Source of the DNA: an uncultured Candidatus Bathyarchaeia archaeon
Lineage (GTDB): Archaea > Thermoproteota > Bathyarchaeia > Bathyarchaeales > Bathyarchaeaceae
Assembly (NCBI GenBank): GCA_964510635.1
Contig: CAZEBS010000004.1
Coordinates: 68,165 to 132,164, forward strand
Direction of reading: 5' to 3'
DNA: 64,000 nt
A program made the position numbers and the translations under genes. A model generated the notes under the pieces. It was given only the letters and a program-made list of their open reading frames with translations, did no database searches and was not told the DNA's origin. Numbering within the stretch: the first letter of the stretch is position 1; each line of letters begins with the position of its first letter. This document shows, in pieces, positions 29,067-38,987 of this stretch.

Positions 29067-29675
29067 ATGAAAACGAAAGTTTCAGCAGGCTTTCCACGGG
29101 GCAAAGTAGCCTATTTTGTGACAAGTAATGTTCACAAGTTTCAGGAAGCCCGCCAAGTCCTCAGCGAATACAAGTTGGCAACAGCAAAACTCAAAGTAGA
29201 AGCTGTTGAGATTCAGGATGACAGCCTCGAAAACATTGCCAAATTTAGTGCCTTAGATGCGGTCAAAAACTGTGGATTGCCCGTCTTTGTTGAGGATGCT
29301 GGACTCTTTGTGGACTCTCTGAAGGGTTTTCCTGGACCCTACAGCAAATACATCTACAACACAGTTGGACTAAAGGGCATTCTCAAACTAATGAAGAACC
29401 TTGAAAACCGAAGTGCCCACTTCAAATCAGTTGTTGCCTTCGCCACACCTGAAGAGGAACCAATCTGCTTTGTTGGCAAGGTTGAAGGAAAAATTTCTCT
29501 AAAAGAACAAGGAACGTCTGGCTTCGGCTACGACCCCATATTTGAACCCCATGAAGGCGGCGGCAGAACCTTCGCGGAGATGACAACTGAAGAAAAAAAT
29601 GTGCTTTCTCATCGTGGAAAGGCTCTGAGAAAGTTTGGGGAATGGTATTCTGGCGCTAGTAAACGAAGATTTTAA
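29067..29675 (+). CDS. rdgB: Non-canonical purine NTP pyrophosphatase (RdgB/HAM1)
   Basis: TSNVHK, EDAGL, FPGPYS, GFGYDPIF and SHR motifs. Confidence 0.96.
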   Translation: MKTKVSAGFPRGKVAYFVTSNVHKFQEARQVLSEYKLATAKLKVEAVEIQDDSLENIAKFSALDAVKNCGLPVFVEDAGLFVDSLKGFPGPYSKYIYNTVGLKGILKLMKNLENRSAHFKSVVAFATPEEEPICFVGKVEGKISLKEQGTSGFGYDPIFEPHEGGGRTFAEMTTEEKNVLSHRGKALRKFGEWYSGASKRRF

Positions 29676-29723
29676 ATACCCGCGTCCCCTCCGCCATAAA
29701 GGAGCTTCGGAGAAGCGAGTAAT

Positions 29724-30164
29724 ATGCCGAAACAAGAAAAGGGAATGTCCCATCAAACAAGACCTGTAACAAAGAGACCACCAACATGGTGCAGATACAC
29801 GGCTGAAGAAGTGGAAGCCCAAATTATGAAACTGGCTAAAGAGGGACATCCTCCTAGCAAGATTGGAATAATTCTTCGTGACCAGCACGGAATCCCCTTG
29901 GCGACGCCCATCACAGGAAAATCCATCACTCAGATACTTAAAGAAAGGAAGATGGTTTCGACTCTTCCCGAAGATTTAGAGAATCTTTTACGACAGGCTA
30001 CACGCCTTCATGTTCACTACGACAAAAACAAGTCAGACTTACACAACAAGAGGGCACTCCAGATAACGGAGGCAAAAATCTACAAGCTCTCCAAATACTA
30101 TAAAAAACGAGGCGTGCTCCCTGCTGACTGGAAATATACACCAAAAGCAATCGCCCTCTTCTAG
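29724..30164 (+). CDS. rps15: 30S ribosomal protein S15 (uS15/S13e)
   Basis: PSKIGIILRDQHGIP, LPEDL and LPADWKY motifs. Confidence 0.96.
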   Translation: MPKQEKGMSHQTRPVTKRPPTWCRYTAEEVEAQIMKLAKEGHPPSKIGIILRDQHGIPLATPITGKSITQILKERKMVSTLPEDLENLLRQATRLHVHYDKNKSDLHNKRALQITEAKIYKLSKYYKKRGVLPADWKYTPKAIALF

Positions 30165-30167
30165 TCT

Positions 30168-31634
30168 TTGGGGTTTAATTTGGCTATAAGTAAGAAACAG
30201 ATTGCCCTCCTCACAAACGATGCAAATGAGGCAGCTAACCTTATTCTAGATCATACCAAAAAAGGCAACATCATTAACGTTCATTCTCACGTAGACGCAG
30301 ACGGCTTATCAGCCGCTGGCATTATGGGAAAAGCGTTGCTGAGGGCAGGAGCAAGGTTTCGTTTGCGTCTGGAAAGGTGGATAGACGAAAAGGTTGCCGA
30401 CAGGATAGCCGCAGAAAATGCTCCCCTAACCATATTTACGGACATGGGAAGCGGTTACCTTGACCTGCTAGGCGAACGGTTAGCAGAGAGGGACGTAGTC
30501 ATTCTTGACCATCATACACCCGCTGCAGAAGTCCCGGACAGTTTTGTTCAGGTCAACCCTCATGTTCATGAAATAGATGGAACACGGGACATCAGCGGAG
30601 CAGGGGTCGCCTACTTTGCTGCCAAGGCAATGGACAAAAACAATATTGATTTGGCGTGTCTTGGTGTTGTGGGCGCCTTAGGTGACCTGCAGGACAAAAA
30701 CAAGGAGCGGAAGCTGGGAAGCGTCAACCAAACCATAGTGAAGGACGCTGTAAAGTCAGGCTACCTTGAAGTTGAAACTGATCTTCTGTTTTTCGGAAGG
30801 GAGACTCGTCCCATCCATCAGGCTCTCGCTCGCACCACAAACCCCTTTATTCCAGAAATTAGCGGAGAAGAGGACAAGAGCCTAGCCTTCCTTGTGAATC
30901 TGGGAATCAAACCTAAACGGAATGACAAGTGGCGCGCTTTAAGGGACCTTTCATCTGAAGAGAAGAAGAGCCTCCTTTCTGCCATCGCCGACCACCTTGT
31001 ATCTAAGGGCATGGCTGGAGACACTGCCTTTGATCTGGTTGGAGAAGTTTACACGTTGACTAAGGAGGAGCCTTGGACTCCCCTCAGGAGCGCTCGAGAG
31101 TTTTCTGTGCTCCTTAACGCCACTGGACGCATGGACAAAGCGGGATTAGGCACAGCCATCTGCATGGGCGACCGCAAGAAGTGTCTGGAGGAGGCAACAG
31201 CCGTTATTCAGGATTACCGAAGCACCATCACCAAGTATCTCCGTTGGGTAACTGAAAAGAAGGGACGGCTAGAGGAGCTTGAAAGCATCTATGTTGTGCG
31301 AGGGGACGGCTTCCTAGACGAGAAAGTCATCAGCCCAGTCTGCACCATACTGTCAACAACTCTCACTCAGCTGGGAAAACCCATCATCGCCTACGCCACC
31401 ATCTCCGGCGAAGACCAAGTTAAGGTGTCATCCAGAGGCTCAGAATCCCTAATACAGCAAGGCTTGAATCTTGGAGAAGTCATGCAGGTTGCATCGGAGA
31501 AGTTTTCAGGCAGGGGCGGAGGACATGACGTGGCGGCAGGAGCCCAAATACCCATAAAAGACGTGGAAGCCTTCATAAAAACAGTCAATGACCTAGTAAA
31601 GAAACAGCTGGAGGGAGGACAGATTGGAGGCTGA
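30168..31634 (+). CDS. RecJ-like DHH/DHHA1 phosphoesterase
   Basis: HVDADG, DMGSG, DHH, GDLQD and GGGHDVAAG motifs; conserved position after rps15. Confidence 0.92.
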   Translation: MGFNLAISKKQIALLTNDANEAANLILDHTKKGNIINVHSHVDADGLSAAGIMGKALLRAGARFRLRLERWIDEKVADRIAAENAPLTIFTDMGSGYLDLLGERLAERDVVILDHHTPAAEVPDSFVQVNPHVHEIDGTRDISGAGVAYFAAKAMDKNNIDLACLGVVGALGDLQDKNKERKLGSVNQTIVKDAVKSGYLEVETDLLFFGRETRPIHQALARTTNPFIPEISGEEDKSLAFLVNLGIKPKRNDKWRALRDLSSEEKKSLLSAIADHLVSKGMAGDTAFDLVGEVYTLTKEEPWTPLRSAREFSVLLNATGRMDKAGLGTAICMGDRKKCLEEATAVIQDYRSTITKYLRWVTEKKGRLEELESIYVVRGDGFLDEKVISPVCTILSTTLTQLGKPIIAYATISGEDQVKVSSRGSESLIQQGLNLGEVMQVASEKFSGRGGGHDVAAGAQIPIKDVEAFIKTVNDLVKKQLEGGQIGG

Positions 31635-31866
31635 AATTCGCCTATCCTACCAGAATGAACGGGAAGCAGAAGCAGTAGCAAAAGCTGTCGCCCCAGACAA
31701 CATAGAAGTTCCGCCCGGACTGTACATCGAAACAGTAAGGAACGGCTCCGATGTTCTCACAAAAGTAGAATGCCAAACCCGACTACAAACCCTCATAGCC
31801 ACAATCGACGACCTCTTAGCTTGTGTTTCTGTGGCAGAAAAGACATTCAACATCGCAAGAAAGTAA
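31624..31866 (+). CDS. pcc1: KEOPS subunit Pcc1
   Basis: 80 aa, AVAPDN and TIDDLL motifs; overlaps the DHH stop in the usual context. Confidence 0.8.
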   Translation: MEAEIRLSYQNEREAEAVAKAVAPDNIEVPPGLYIETVRNGSDVLTKVECQTRLQTLIATIDDLLACVSVAEKTFNIARK

Positions 31867-31900
31867 CAAACAACGCACCGCCAATCGAAAATCTGCGTGG

Positions 31901-31955
31901 CATATTAGGACCCTAATAGAGGTACATTGTTGAAAACAGTATTTTTTCTGGAAAA
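31901..31955 (+). repeat. Dispersed ~55-bp double-palindrome element, copy 2
   Basis: CATATTAGG-AC-CCTAATAGAGGTACATTGTTGAAAACAGTATTTTTTCTGGAAAA; the 37-bp core is identical to copies 3 and 4 (reverse complement). Confidence 0.9.
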
Positions 31956-32105
31956 TCGTGGCATCTGCACAACATTCTTTTCTAGCCTTTTTTGTTTATG
32001 AGCAAAAAATTGGGGGGCTAACAGGAGAGGACAGGGTTTAATGCTTATATGTGCGTAACAGTTAGAGAGACAGAACGTAATCCACAGCTAAGAACAAGGT
32101 TGTTG

Positions 32106-32807
32106 ATGTTGCCGGGAAAAGTTAACGAAATCTTTAGGAACGCTGAAGCTGAAGGAAGAAAGTGCCTCCTTGAGCATGAAGCAAAAACTGTTTGTAAAAT
32201 GTACGGAATACCAGTCACAGAATTGAAGATATCGAAAACCGCAGAGGAAGCAGCAAAATTCTCTGAGGAAATCGGGTACCCAACAGTCCTCAAGATACTT
32301 TCTCCTGACGTGCTCCACAAATTTGATGTGGGCGGAGTAATGCTTGACATCAGCAGTCCCGAAGAGGCAAGAAACGCCTTCAACGAAATCGTGGAGAACG
32401 TGAAGAAGCATAAACCCGATGCACAAATTGACGGCATCCTTGTACAGGAGATGGCTCCCTGCTCAACAGAAGTTATTGTGGGGGCAATCAAAGACCCCCA
32501 GTTTGGACCAACTCTAATGTTTGGGCTCGGCGGAACATTTGTGGAAATCATGAAGGATGTGGCATTCAGAATCGCCCCCATCAATGAAGATGATGCGCGG
32601 CAGATGATTTCAGAAGTGAAGGCATCTACTATCCTCCGAGGTTACCGCGGTCAACCACCCCGTGACATAGAAACAATAGTGAAAATTTTGCTGAGCACGT
32701 CAAGGTTGGTGATGGAGCACCCAGACATCAAAGAACTTGACCTAAATCCCGTGATGGTCTACGAGAAGGGAGCAAAAACGGTTGATGCAAGAATCATACT
32801 GGAATAA
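32106..32807 (+). CDS. ADP-forming acyl-CoA synthetase beta (ATP-grasp) subunit
   Basis: LEHEAK..YGIP, GYPTVLKI.SPD.LHK.DVGGV, FGPTLMFGLGG and ELDLNP motifs. ORF opens at 32049. Confidence 0.9.
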   Translation: MLPGKVNEIFRNAEAEGRKCLLEHEAKTVCKMYGIPVTELKISKTAEEAAKFSEEIGYPTVLKILSPDVLHKFDVGGVMLDISSPEEARNAFNEIVENVKKHKPDAQIDGILVQEMAPCSTEVIVGAIKDPQFGPTLMFGLGGTFVEIMKDVAFRIAPINEDDARQMISEVKASTILRGYRGQPPRDIETIVKILLSTSRLVMEHPDIKELDLNPVMVYEKGAKTVDARIILE

Positions 32808-32910
32808 ACCTCATATTTTAGAAAGCACATCATTTCCAGTTCCGTCAAAAGACGCATTAAACTCAGAAAAACCATAACAAACAAACCCGTGCAATGGACG
32901 TGAAAGAAAA

Positions 32911-33774
32911 ATGTCTGACTCCCCTGAACACAAAATCGAGGCCCTAAACCAAGAATTAACTCCGCTTAAAGAAGAACGAAACAAACTGAACGAGGAAGCA
33001 AAAAAGTGGGCTAAAAAAAGAGACGCCCTCCACGAAAAAACCCGAAATCTACGACAAGAAGCAAACAGCATCAAAGAAAAAAGAGACACCTTAAACGAAA
33101 AAGTTCAAGAACTGAAAAGCCTCCGCAGTCAAGTGGCGGCTAGGTGCAAAGAGAAACTTGACAAATTTTCGGAGTTAAGAGAGAAAATCAGGGACCTGAA
33201 CGAAAAGAGTTCTGGCGGAAATTTGCGGCAGGTACAGAGAGAGATTGAAGAGATTGACTGGAAGATTCAAACCAACTCCCTGCCAGTAAAGGAAGAACAG
33301 GAATTAGTCAACAGGGTGAGGCAGCTTGAAACCCTGCTCGTGGACCAGAAGCAAATAAAAAAAATAAAAGATGAACTCTTCAAGCTGCGAGCTGAAGAGC
33401 AAAAGTTTGGAGCCGAGGCAAAAACAATTCATGATAAACTTTCTGAACTTGCTGAACAGAGCCAAAAATATCATGCCCAAATGATTGAAATCCTAGAAAA
33501 AACCCGTGAACTCCAAGCTGAAGCTAATGAAGCCCACAAAAAATTTGTGGAAACAAAAGAGGAAGCACAGAAACTGCACCAAAAATTTGTTGAAGTTCTG
33601 GAAAAAATCAAAAGCATTCAACGGGATTTGAAGGAAACCGCGGACAAGAAGCAGGCTGAACACCAGAGTGAACTCAAGGATGAGCTGGAGAAGAGGGCGT
33701 TAGAGAAGCTGAAGCGGGGCGAGAAGTTGATGTGGGAAGAATTTCAGGTTCTGGCTGAGAAGGGCCTCATCTAA
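32911..33774 (+). CDS. Conserved archaeal coiled-coil protein (COG1340-like)
   Basis: All-helical and E/K-rich; IDWKIQT and C-terminal KLKRGEKL.WEEF. Confidence 0.8.
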   Translation: MSDSPEHKIEALNQELTPLKEERNKLNEEAKKWAKKRDALHEKTRNLRQEANSIKEKRDTLNEKVQELKSLRSQVAARCKEKLDKFSELREKIRDLNEKSSGGNLRQVQREIEEIDWKIQTNSLPVKEEQELVNRVRQLETLLVDQKQIKKIKDELFKLRAEEQKFGAEAKTIHDKLSELAEQSQKYHAQMIEILEKTRELQAEANEAHKKFVETKEEAQKLHQKFVEVLEKIKSIQRDLKETADKKQAEHQSELKDELEKRALEKLKRGEKLMWEEFQVLAEKGLI

Positions 33775-33883
33775 TCGTGACAGATTCAATGGTGAAGCTT
33801 TTTCAAGCGTTATTGAATAGAAAGAAGAAAGAGAAGATTAAAGTGTGCCTCTAAATAAAGGAGTAATATACAGGAGAGCAACC

Positions 33884-35047
33884 ATGCCGACAGCAGCCAA
33901 GCCCGAGCGCATTCTTATTCTATGCGTTGACAGGGACGACGATTTAGGCATGAAAGCTGGAATAAACACGCCTATCCTTGGAAGAAAAGAGAACGTGAAT
34001 GCGGCTGCGAGTCTAGCCCTCCGAGACCCTGAGGAAGCTGACGCAAATGCCATGTTCGAGGCAGTCCGCATCTACGACAACCTAAAGAAGAACACCAAGG
34101 GCGAAGAGGAGCATGAAGTTGCAACCATAGCAGGCTCCGATTTGCGTGGAATAGAGGCTGACAGGCAGCTTGTAGCCGAATTAACTGAAGTATTGGAAGT
34201 GTTTCCGGCTACAGATGTTATTCTGGTTACTGACGGTTATACAGACGAGATGGTGCTGCCCTTGATTGAGTCTAGGGTGCCTGTTACGTCTGTTCGCAGA
34301 ATTGTTATTCAGCACAGCAAATCCATCGAAGAATCAGCTGCCCTCTTCAGTCGTTATATGAAACTTCTTGTAGAGAACCCCCGCTACTCCCGAATGGTTC
34401 TTGGTCTTCCAGGAATCCTTTTCCTAGTTTTAGGTATTTTATGGGTCTACAACCAGTTGACATATGCTGTACAAGCTCTCACATTAATTGTGGGCGGATT
34501 TCTTGTTGTGCGAGGATTCGGACTTGACAAACAAGCTCTAAACTTTTACAAATGGGTCAAAGAATACTCTCCGCCCCCATTCACTGAGCAGATATCAGGC
34601 TTTGCAGCCATTGCGGGAATCTTGGTGATTCTTGTTGGCGGCTACCTAGGAGGAACTGCAGTAGCGGATGCAGTTGTTGAAGTGGACGCCCTTTCGCATA
34701 TTCCAGAGCTTATAGGCGAGTTTCTTAATGCGTCAACATATTTCATGGCTATTGGTATATGCGTTATACTTTCAGGTAGGGCGGTTCGCTGGTTCTTTGA
34801 GCGGGATTTACGTTTATGGCGCACAATTGTCATAGTTGTTGGAGTCGCCTGGTCCTCGATTATGTTTGTTGAAGCTTCACAGATTCTCATCTATCCACCT
34901 ACCCCTGACGAAACATTAATTTACGCAATTGTTGGGGGTCCAATCGTGATAGTAGCCACAGTCTTAACCGTGCTACTTCTGCGTAGAAGATACAGCAGCT
35001 ACTTCGAAGGAGAAGAAGAACCCCTAGTGGACCTTGAAGACAGCTGA
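33884..35047 (+). CDS. DUF373 family membrane protein
   Basis: LILCVDRDDDLG, DPEEADAN and VTDG motifs plus C-terminal TMs. ORF opens at 33845. Confidence 0.88.
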   Translation: MPTAAKPERILILCVDRDDDLGMKAGINTPILGRKENVNAAASLALRDPEEADANAMFEAVRIYDNLKKNTKGEEEHEVATIAGSDLRGIEADRQLVAELTEVLEVFPATDVILVTDGYTDEMVLPLIESRVPVTSVRRIVIQHSKSIEESAALFSRYMKLLVENPRYSRMVLGLPGILFLVLGILWVYNQLTYAVQALTLIVGGFLVVRGFGLDKQALNFYKWVKEYSPPPFTEQISGFAAIAGILVILVGGYLGGTAVADAVVEVDALSHIPELIGEFLNASTYFMAIGICVILSGRAVRWFFERDLRLWRTIVIVVGVAWSSIMFVEASQILIYPPTPDETLIYAIVGGPIVIVATVLTVLLLRRRYSSYFEGEEEPLVDLEDS

Positions 35048-35187
35048 AGCAGCAAACAGCGGCAGAGAATTGAAAAGTTTATTATCTGAAAATCCCGTCT
35101 ATATAGCCCAGCGTTCAGACTGGAATAGAAAACCATAATATGGTGCAGAAATGTAATGCTGGATTATAACCGTCTGTGGTAAAAGCT

Positions 35188-35970
35188 ATGCTTGAAGGTT
35201 TGCTCTCTCTGCTAGGCATCTACAAGTTATACGAGAAGTGGTTGTGGCTCCAAATTAAGGACGAAAAGAGGCCTGACCACATAGCCATTATTCTCGACGG
35301 AAACCGCAGATGGGCGTTCCACAAATCTCTGATTCCTTGGATCGGTCATCGCCATGGCGCCGACAAGATTGATGAACTGCTGGACTGGTGCATAGAATTA
35401 GATGTGAAATTCATCACATTGTATGCTTTTTCAACTGAAAATTTCAACCGTCACGAAAAAGAGGTGGAGGAACTTATGAAGCTGATTGAAGAGAAAATGC
35501 GTTCAATCCTTAAGAATGAAAAGATTTACGCAAACAAAATCAAAGTTAAGGCCATAGGACGGCTAGACCTCCTGCCCCCATCGATTCAAGAAGCGATTCA
35601 GCAAGTTGAAAAGTCAACAGAAATGTTCAACGAAAGGCTCTTGAACATAGCCTTGGCTTATGGCGGAAGAGCAGAAATCGTTGACGCAACAAAAAAGATA
35701 GCAAAAAAAGTGAAAAAAGGCGAACTGAAACCCGAGAAAATAACCGAGAAACTCTTCGAACAATACCTGTACACAGCTCACATGCCAAAACAGGACGCTG
35801 ACCTCATCATAAGAACCTCTGGAGAAGAACGCCTAAGCGGTTTCCTGTCCTGGCAGTCCGCATACAGTGAACTCTGTTTCGTGGACGTAAACTGGCCAGA
35901 CTTCAGACGCATAGACCTGTTACGTGCAGTCCGAACTTACCAGAGACGGAAACGCCGTTTCGGTCACTAA
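35188..35970 (+). CDS. uppS: cis-prenyltransferase (polyprenyl diphosphate synthase)
   Basis: HIAIILDGNRRWA, YAFSTENF, YGGR and RTSGEERLSGFL motifs. ORF opens at 35176. Confidence 0.95.
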   Translation: MLEGLLSLLGIYKLYEKWLWLQIKDEKRPDHIAIILDGNRRWAFHKSLIPWIGHRHGADKIDELLDWCIELDVKFITLYAFSTENFNRHEKEVEELMKLIEEKMRSILKNEKIYANKIKVKAIGRLDLLPPSIQEAIQQVEKSTEMFNERLLNIALAYGGRAEIVDATKKIAKKVKKGELKPEKITEKLFEQYLYTAHMPKQDADLIIRTSGEERLSGFLSWQSAYSELCFVDVNWPDFRRIDLLRAVRTYQRRKRRFGH

Positions 35971-35975
35971 AACGT

Positions 35976-37202
35976 TTATCCGCGTTTCTTGGCGCTGACT
36001 ATCGAAATCACGTCCCTGTCCTTCAGCACATAGTCTTCTCCGATTCTGTTTCTTCCCCGAATGTCAATGGCGTGAATGAAGCTGTCCCCCAGTTCAGTGT
36101 GAATGATGTAGGCAAGCTGTCGCGCAGTTGTTCCGAAGGGCACAAGGTAAACGTCCGGAAGCACTCTGCCTTTATGGTCACTGAGATGTTCACAGTCTTC
36201 CACAGGATAAACGGCAACCATCTGCAGAAGCTCAAAGAATGCCGTGTTAATTGCTTCTTGGACGCCAGTGGAGCCAAACTTGTACAGAATATGCTCCTGA
36301 ATAGAATCTAATGCCTTTTTCTGGGCAGCATTGAGTTTTTCAGCATTTTTTGTTGTTAACTTGCAGTCTCCAGGCGTGTAATCGATTAAGCCTTTTTCTC
36401 CTGCTCTTCTGAGAGCCAATTCTGCTTCTGCACTGCAGGGCACAACATTGTATCCGCTTTCTTTCATGCGCTCAATGTTCTCTTCTGCTGTGGGCAGGTC
36501 AATTTTGTTGGCGGCAATCAGTGTTGGCTTGGAGACGCTTCGCAGAATATCCAGAAAATGTATTATGTCGTCGTCGCTCCAGTGCTCTGGCTTGTCCATG
36601 TTAAGGTCGCTTTTTCTTATGCTTTCTATGATGTGGTACCGTTTGATGGATAAGCCAGTTAACCGTGCCTCAAGAAGAGACACCAAGTCGTCTTTGCCTG
36701 AACCCGCGGTTCTAGCCAGTTTTGACCAGTCCTTCTTCAGTATCTGGTTCATCCACATGGTTATCTCGTTTTCAAGAAACTTCACGTCTTCCATGGGGTC
36801 GTGGGAGCCTTTTTTGCACATTTTTCCTTCGCAGTCGGTTGAGCCTGAAGCATCAACTACGTGAAGTAGAGCGTCTGCTTTTCTGACTTCGTCTAAGAAC
36901 TGGTTTCCAAGTCCTCGTCCTTCCCATGCTCCGGGCACAAGCCCTGCCACATCAATTAACTCAACTGGAACCAGCCTGATTCCGTCTAGGCAGAGGCTGT
37001 TTTTTGGGTTGTCCTCAACATTGAATTCGGTGTGGACACAGGGGGTTCTTAGGTACCCTATTCCCCTGTTGGGTTTGATGGTGGTGAAGGGATAGTTTCC
37101 GATGTCCACAGGAATCAAGGTTGCAGCAGAAAAAAACGTGGATTTGCCTGTGTTGGGTTTGCCGACTATACCCAGCTTTTTGGAGTAAGATGGCGCACTC
37201 AT
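35976..37202 (-). CDS. ychF: Obg-family translation-associated ATPase/GTPase YchF
   Basis: GKPNTGKST, YPFTT, DVAGL and NKID motifs; C-terminal TGS domain. Confidence 0.92.
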   Translation of the reverse strand: MSAPSYSKKLGIVGKPNTGKSTFFSAATLIPVDIGNYPFTTIKPNRGIGYLRTPCVHTEFNVEDNPKNSLCLDGIRLVPVELIDVAGLVPGAWEGRGLGNQFLDEVRKADALLHVVDASGSTDCEGKMCKKGSHDPMEDVKFLENEITMWMNQILKKDWSKLARTAGSGKDDLVSLLEARLTGLSIKRYHIIESIRKSDLNMDKPEHWSDDDIIHFLDILRSVSKPTLIAANKIDLPTAEENIERMKESGYNVVPCSAEAELALRRAGEKGLIDYTPGDCKLTTKNAEKLNAAQKKALDSIQEHILYKFGSTGVQEAINTAFFELLQMVAVYPVEDCEHLSDHKGRVLPDVYLVPFGTTARQLAYIIHTELGDSFIHAIDIRGRNRIGEDYVLKDRDVISIVSAKKRG

Positions 37203-37344
37203 GGCTGAATCATTCCCAGTTTCTCCGCTGCCCTAATCTGAGGAGAAATATTCAACAATCCTATTGTTTTATCACGGGTAAAAGCTTTGTCAAATGCCGC
37301 CATCAGACCTTGAATCAGCTGACACAGAACAGGAAGAACCCATT

Positions 37345-38262
37345 TCATTGTCCTATCAGATACTTTTCTGCATCTATGGCAGCTTTGCATCCTGACCCAG
37401 CAGCGGCGATGGCTTGGCGGTAACGGTAATCCACTACATCGCCTGCAGCGAAAACGCCCTCTATGTTGGTTCGTGTCTGTTCCTTGACTACAATGTAGCC
37501 TGTCGGGTCCAGCTCTATCTGGTCTTTGAAGATTTCTGTGTTAGGCTTGTGACCGATGGCAACAAAAACCCCATCACACTCCAGAACTGATTCTTCGCCA
37601 GAAACAACATTATGAAGTTTAACTCCCTCTACCATGTCTTTGCCCAGAATCTCCGAAACTGTGCTGTTCCAAACAAACGAGATTTTGGGGTTCTCGAATG
37701 CCTTTTCTTGAAGGAACTTGCAAGCTCTCAGCTTGTCCCTTCTGTGAATAACTTTGACTTCGCCTGCGACTCTGGAGAGGACAAAAGCTTCTTCTAGGGC
37801 TGTGTCGCCTCCGCCCACAACCACAACTTTTCTGTTCCTGAAGAAGGCAGCATCACATGTGGCACAGACTGAAACGCCTCTGCCCCTTAGCCGTGTTTCG
37901 CTCTCCAAGCCCAGCCACTTTGCTGAGGCGCCAGCGGCTATGATTACTGCTTTTGCTTTGTGAACCGTGTTTCCTACAGTCACTTTGAAGGGTTTGGATT
38001 TGAGGTCTAGGGAGGTGGCGTTTTCTAAGACCAGTTCTGTGCCGAAGCGTTCAGCCTGTTTCCGCATCTGCTCCATGAGTTTGGGTCCAAGGATTCCGTT
38101 TTCGAATCCCGGAAAATTTTCTACTTCTGTTGTAAGCATCAAGTTACCGCCCCACAGCATTCCTGCGGCAACAAGGGTCTTCAAGCCAGCTCTGCTTGTG
38201 TAAATGGCGGCTGTCAAACCAGCGGGTCCAGAACCAACAATCACCACATCATACACCGTCAA
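37345..38262 (-). CDS. trxB: Thioredoxin reductase
   Basis: GSGPAG, CATCD, GGGDTA and FAAGD motifs. Confidence 0.95.
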   Translation of the reverse strand: MTVYDVVIVGSGPAGLTAAIYTSRAGLKTLVAAGMLWGGNLMLTTEVENFPGFENGILGPKLMEQMRKQAERFGTELVLENATSLDLKSKPFKVTVGNTVHKAKAVIIAAGASAKWLGLESETRLRGRGVSVCATCDAAFFRNRKVVVVGGGDTALEEAFVLSRVAGEVKVIHRRDKLRACKFLQEKAFENPKISFVWNSTVSEILGKDMVEGVKLHNVVSGEESVLECDGVFVAIGHKPNTEIFKDQIELDPTGYIVVKEQTRTNIEGVFAAGDVVDYRYRQAIAAAGSGCKAAIDAEKYLIGQ

Positions 38263-38319
38263 TCACTTCCAGCGAATATACAAATTACGCGCAAATATAT
38301 CTTCACTTACCTTTCTTGG

Positions 38320-38373
38320 TTTCCTGAAAAAATACTGTTTTCAACAATGTACCTCTATTAGGAGCCTAATATG
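38320..38373 (-). repeat. Dispersed ~55-bp double-palindrome element, copy 3
   Basis: GAAAAAATACTGTTTTCAACAATGTACCTCTATTAGG-AG-CCTAATATG on +. Confidence 0.9.
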
Positions 38374-38423
38374 AGCTACTTTTTGTTTGACTGTTTGAGC
38401 ATCGAAACAGAGTTTGCTTAGCT

Positions 38424-38636
38424 TCATTTTCTGGAGGTTAAAGCTTGTCCAAGAAAAAGGACGTCTGATGCAATTAGAATACCAATCAGTGCCCCAACAA
38501 CGGGAAGTCCTCCTTCTCCTATTGGGTGTTCTATTAGAAGCCCAATTAAGTATCCAATAAACGCCGTGAGAAGTATTCCCACAATCGCAAGAATCAATGA
38601 AGCTTTAGCAGGAGCATCTAGTGGTTTACTCATCAA
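38424..38636 (-). CDS. Small two-TM membrane protein
   Basis: About 70 aa, two hydrophobic helices, GAGGGA upstream. Confidence 0.6.
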   Translation of the reverse strand: MMSKPLDAPAKASLILAIVGILLTAFIGYLIGLLIEHPIGEGGLPVVGALIGILIASDVLFLGQALTSRK

Positions 38637-38762
38637 CGATTCCCTCGATTAACTTTCTACAAGTTCAAAAATTAAGTTTTGTGCAGAAACAACCAAACAT
38701 AAACTCAGAAAAGTTTTAGTTCAGTCAATCCGAGAATATGAGCCAGTTAGAGATGAGGGAAC

Positions 38763-38987
38763 ATGAGTATAGAGGGTTTCATCGATTATAAGCGGAGAGA
38801 ATTCTGCAATGACATACCTTGCCCAGTGCAGGTTGAACTAAACAAGCAGCCGTCAGGTTCAGAAGAGTATGAAAGAATCAGGGGAACATGTAAGACAGAC
38901 TGTAGATACACTACTTACGAGTTTCATCATTGGCTCATAGAAAAAGGCTATTTAATTGTAAGACCAAAGGATGAGGGAGGAAAATAA
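38763..38987 (+). CDS. Small Cys/His-rich putative metal-binding protein
   Basis: C-x4-C..C-x3-C..FHHW; stop overlaps the lsrF start. Confidence 0.75.
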   Translation: MSIEGFIDYKRREFCNDIPCPVQVELNKQPSGSEEYERIRGTCKTDCRYTTYEFHHWLIEKGYLIVRPKDEGGK

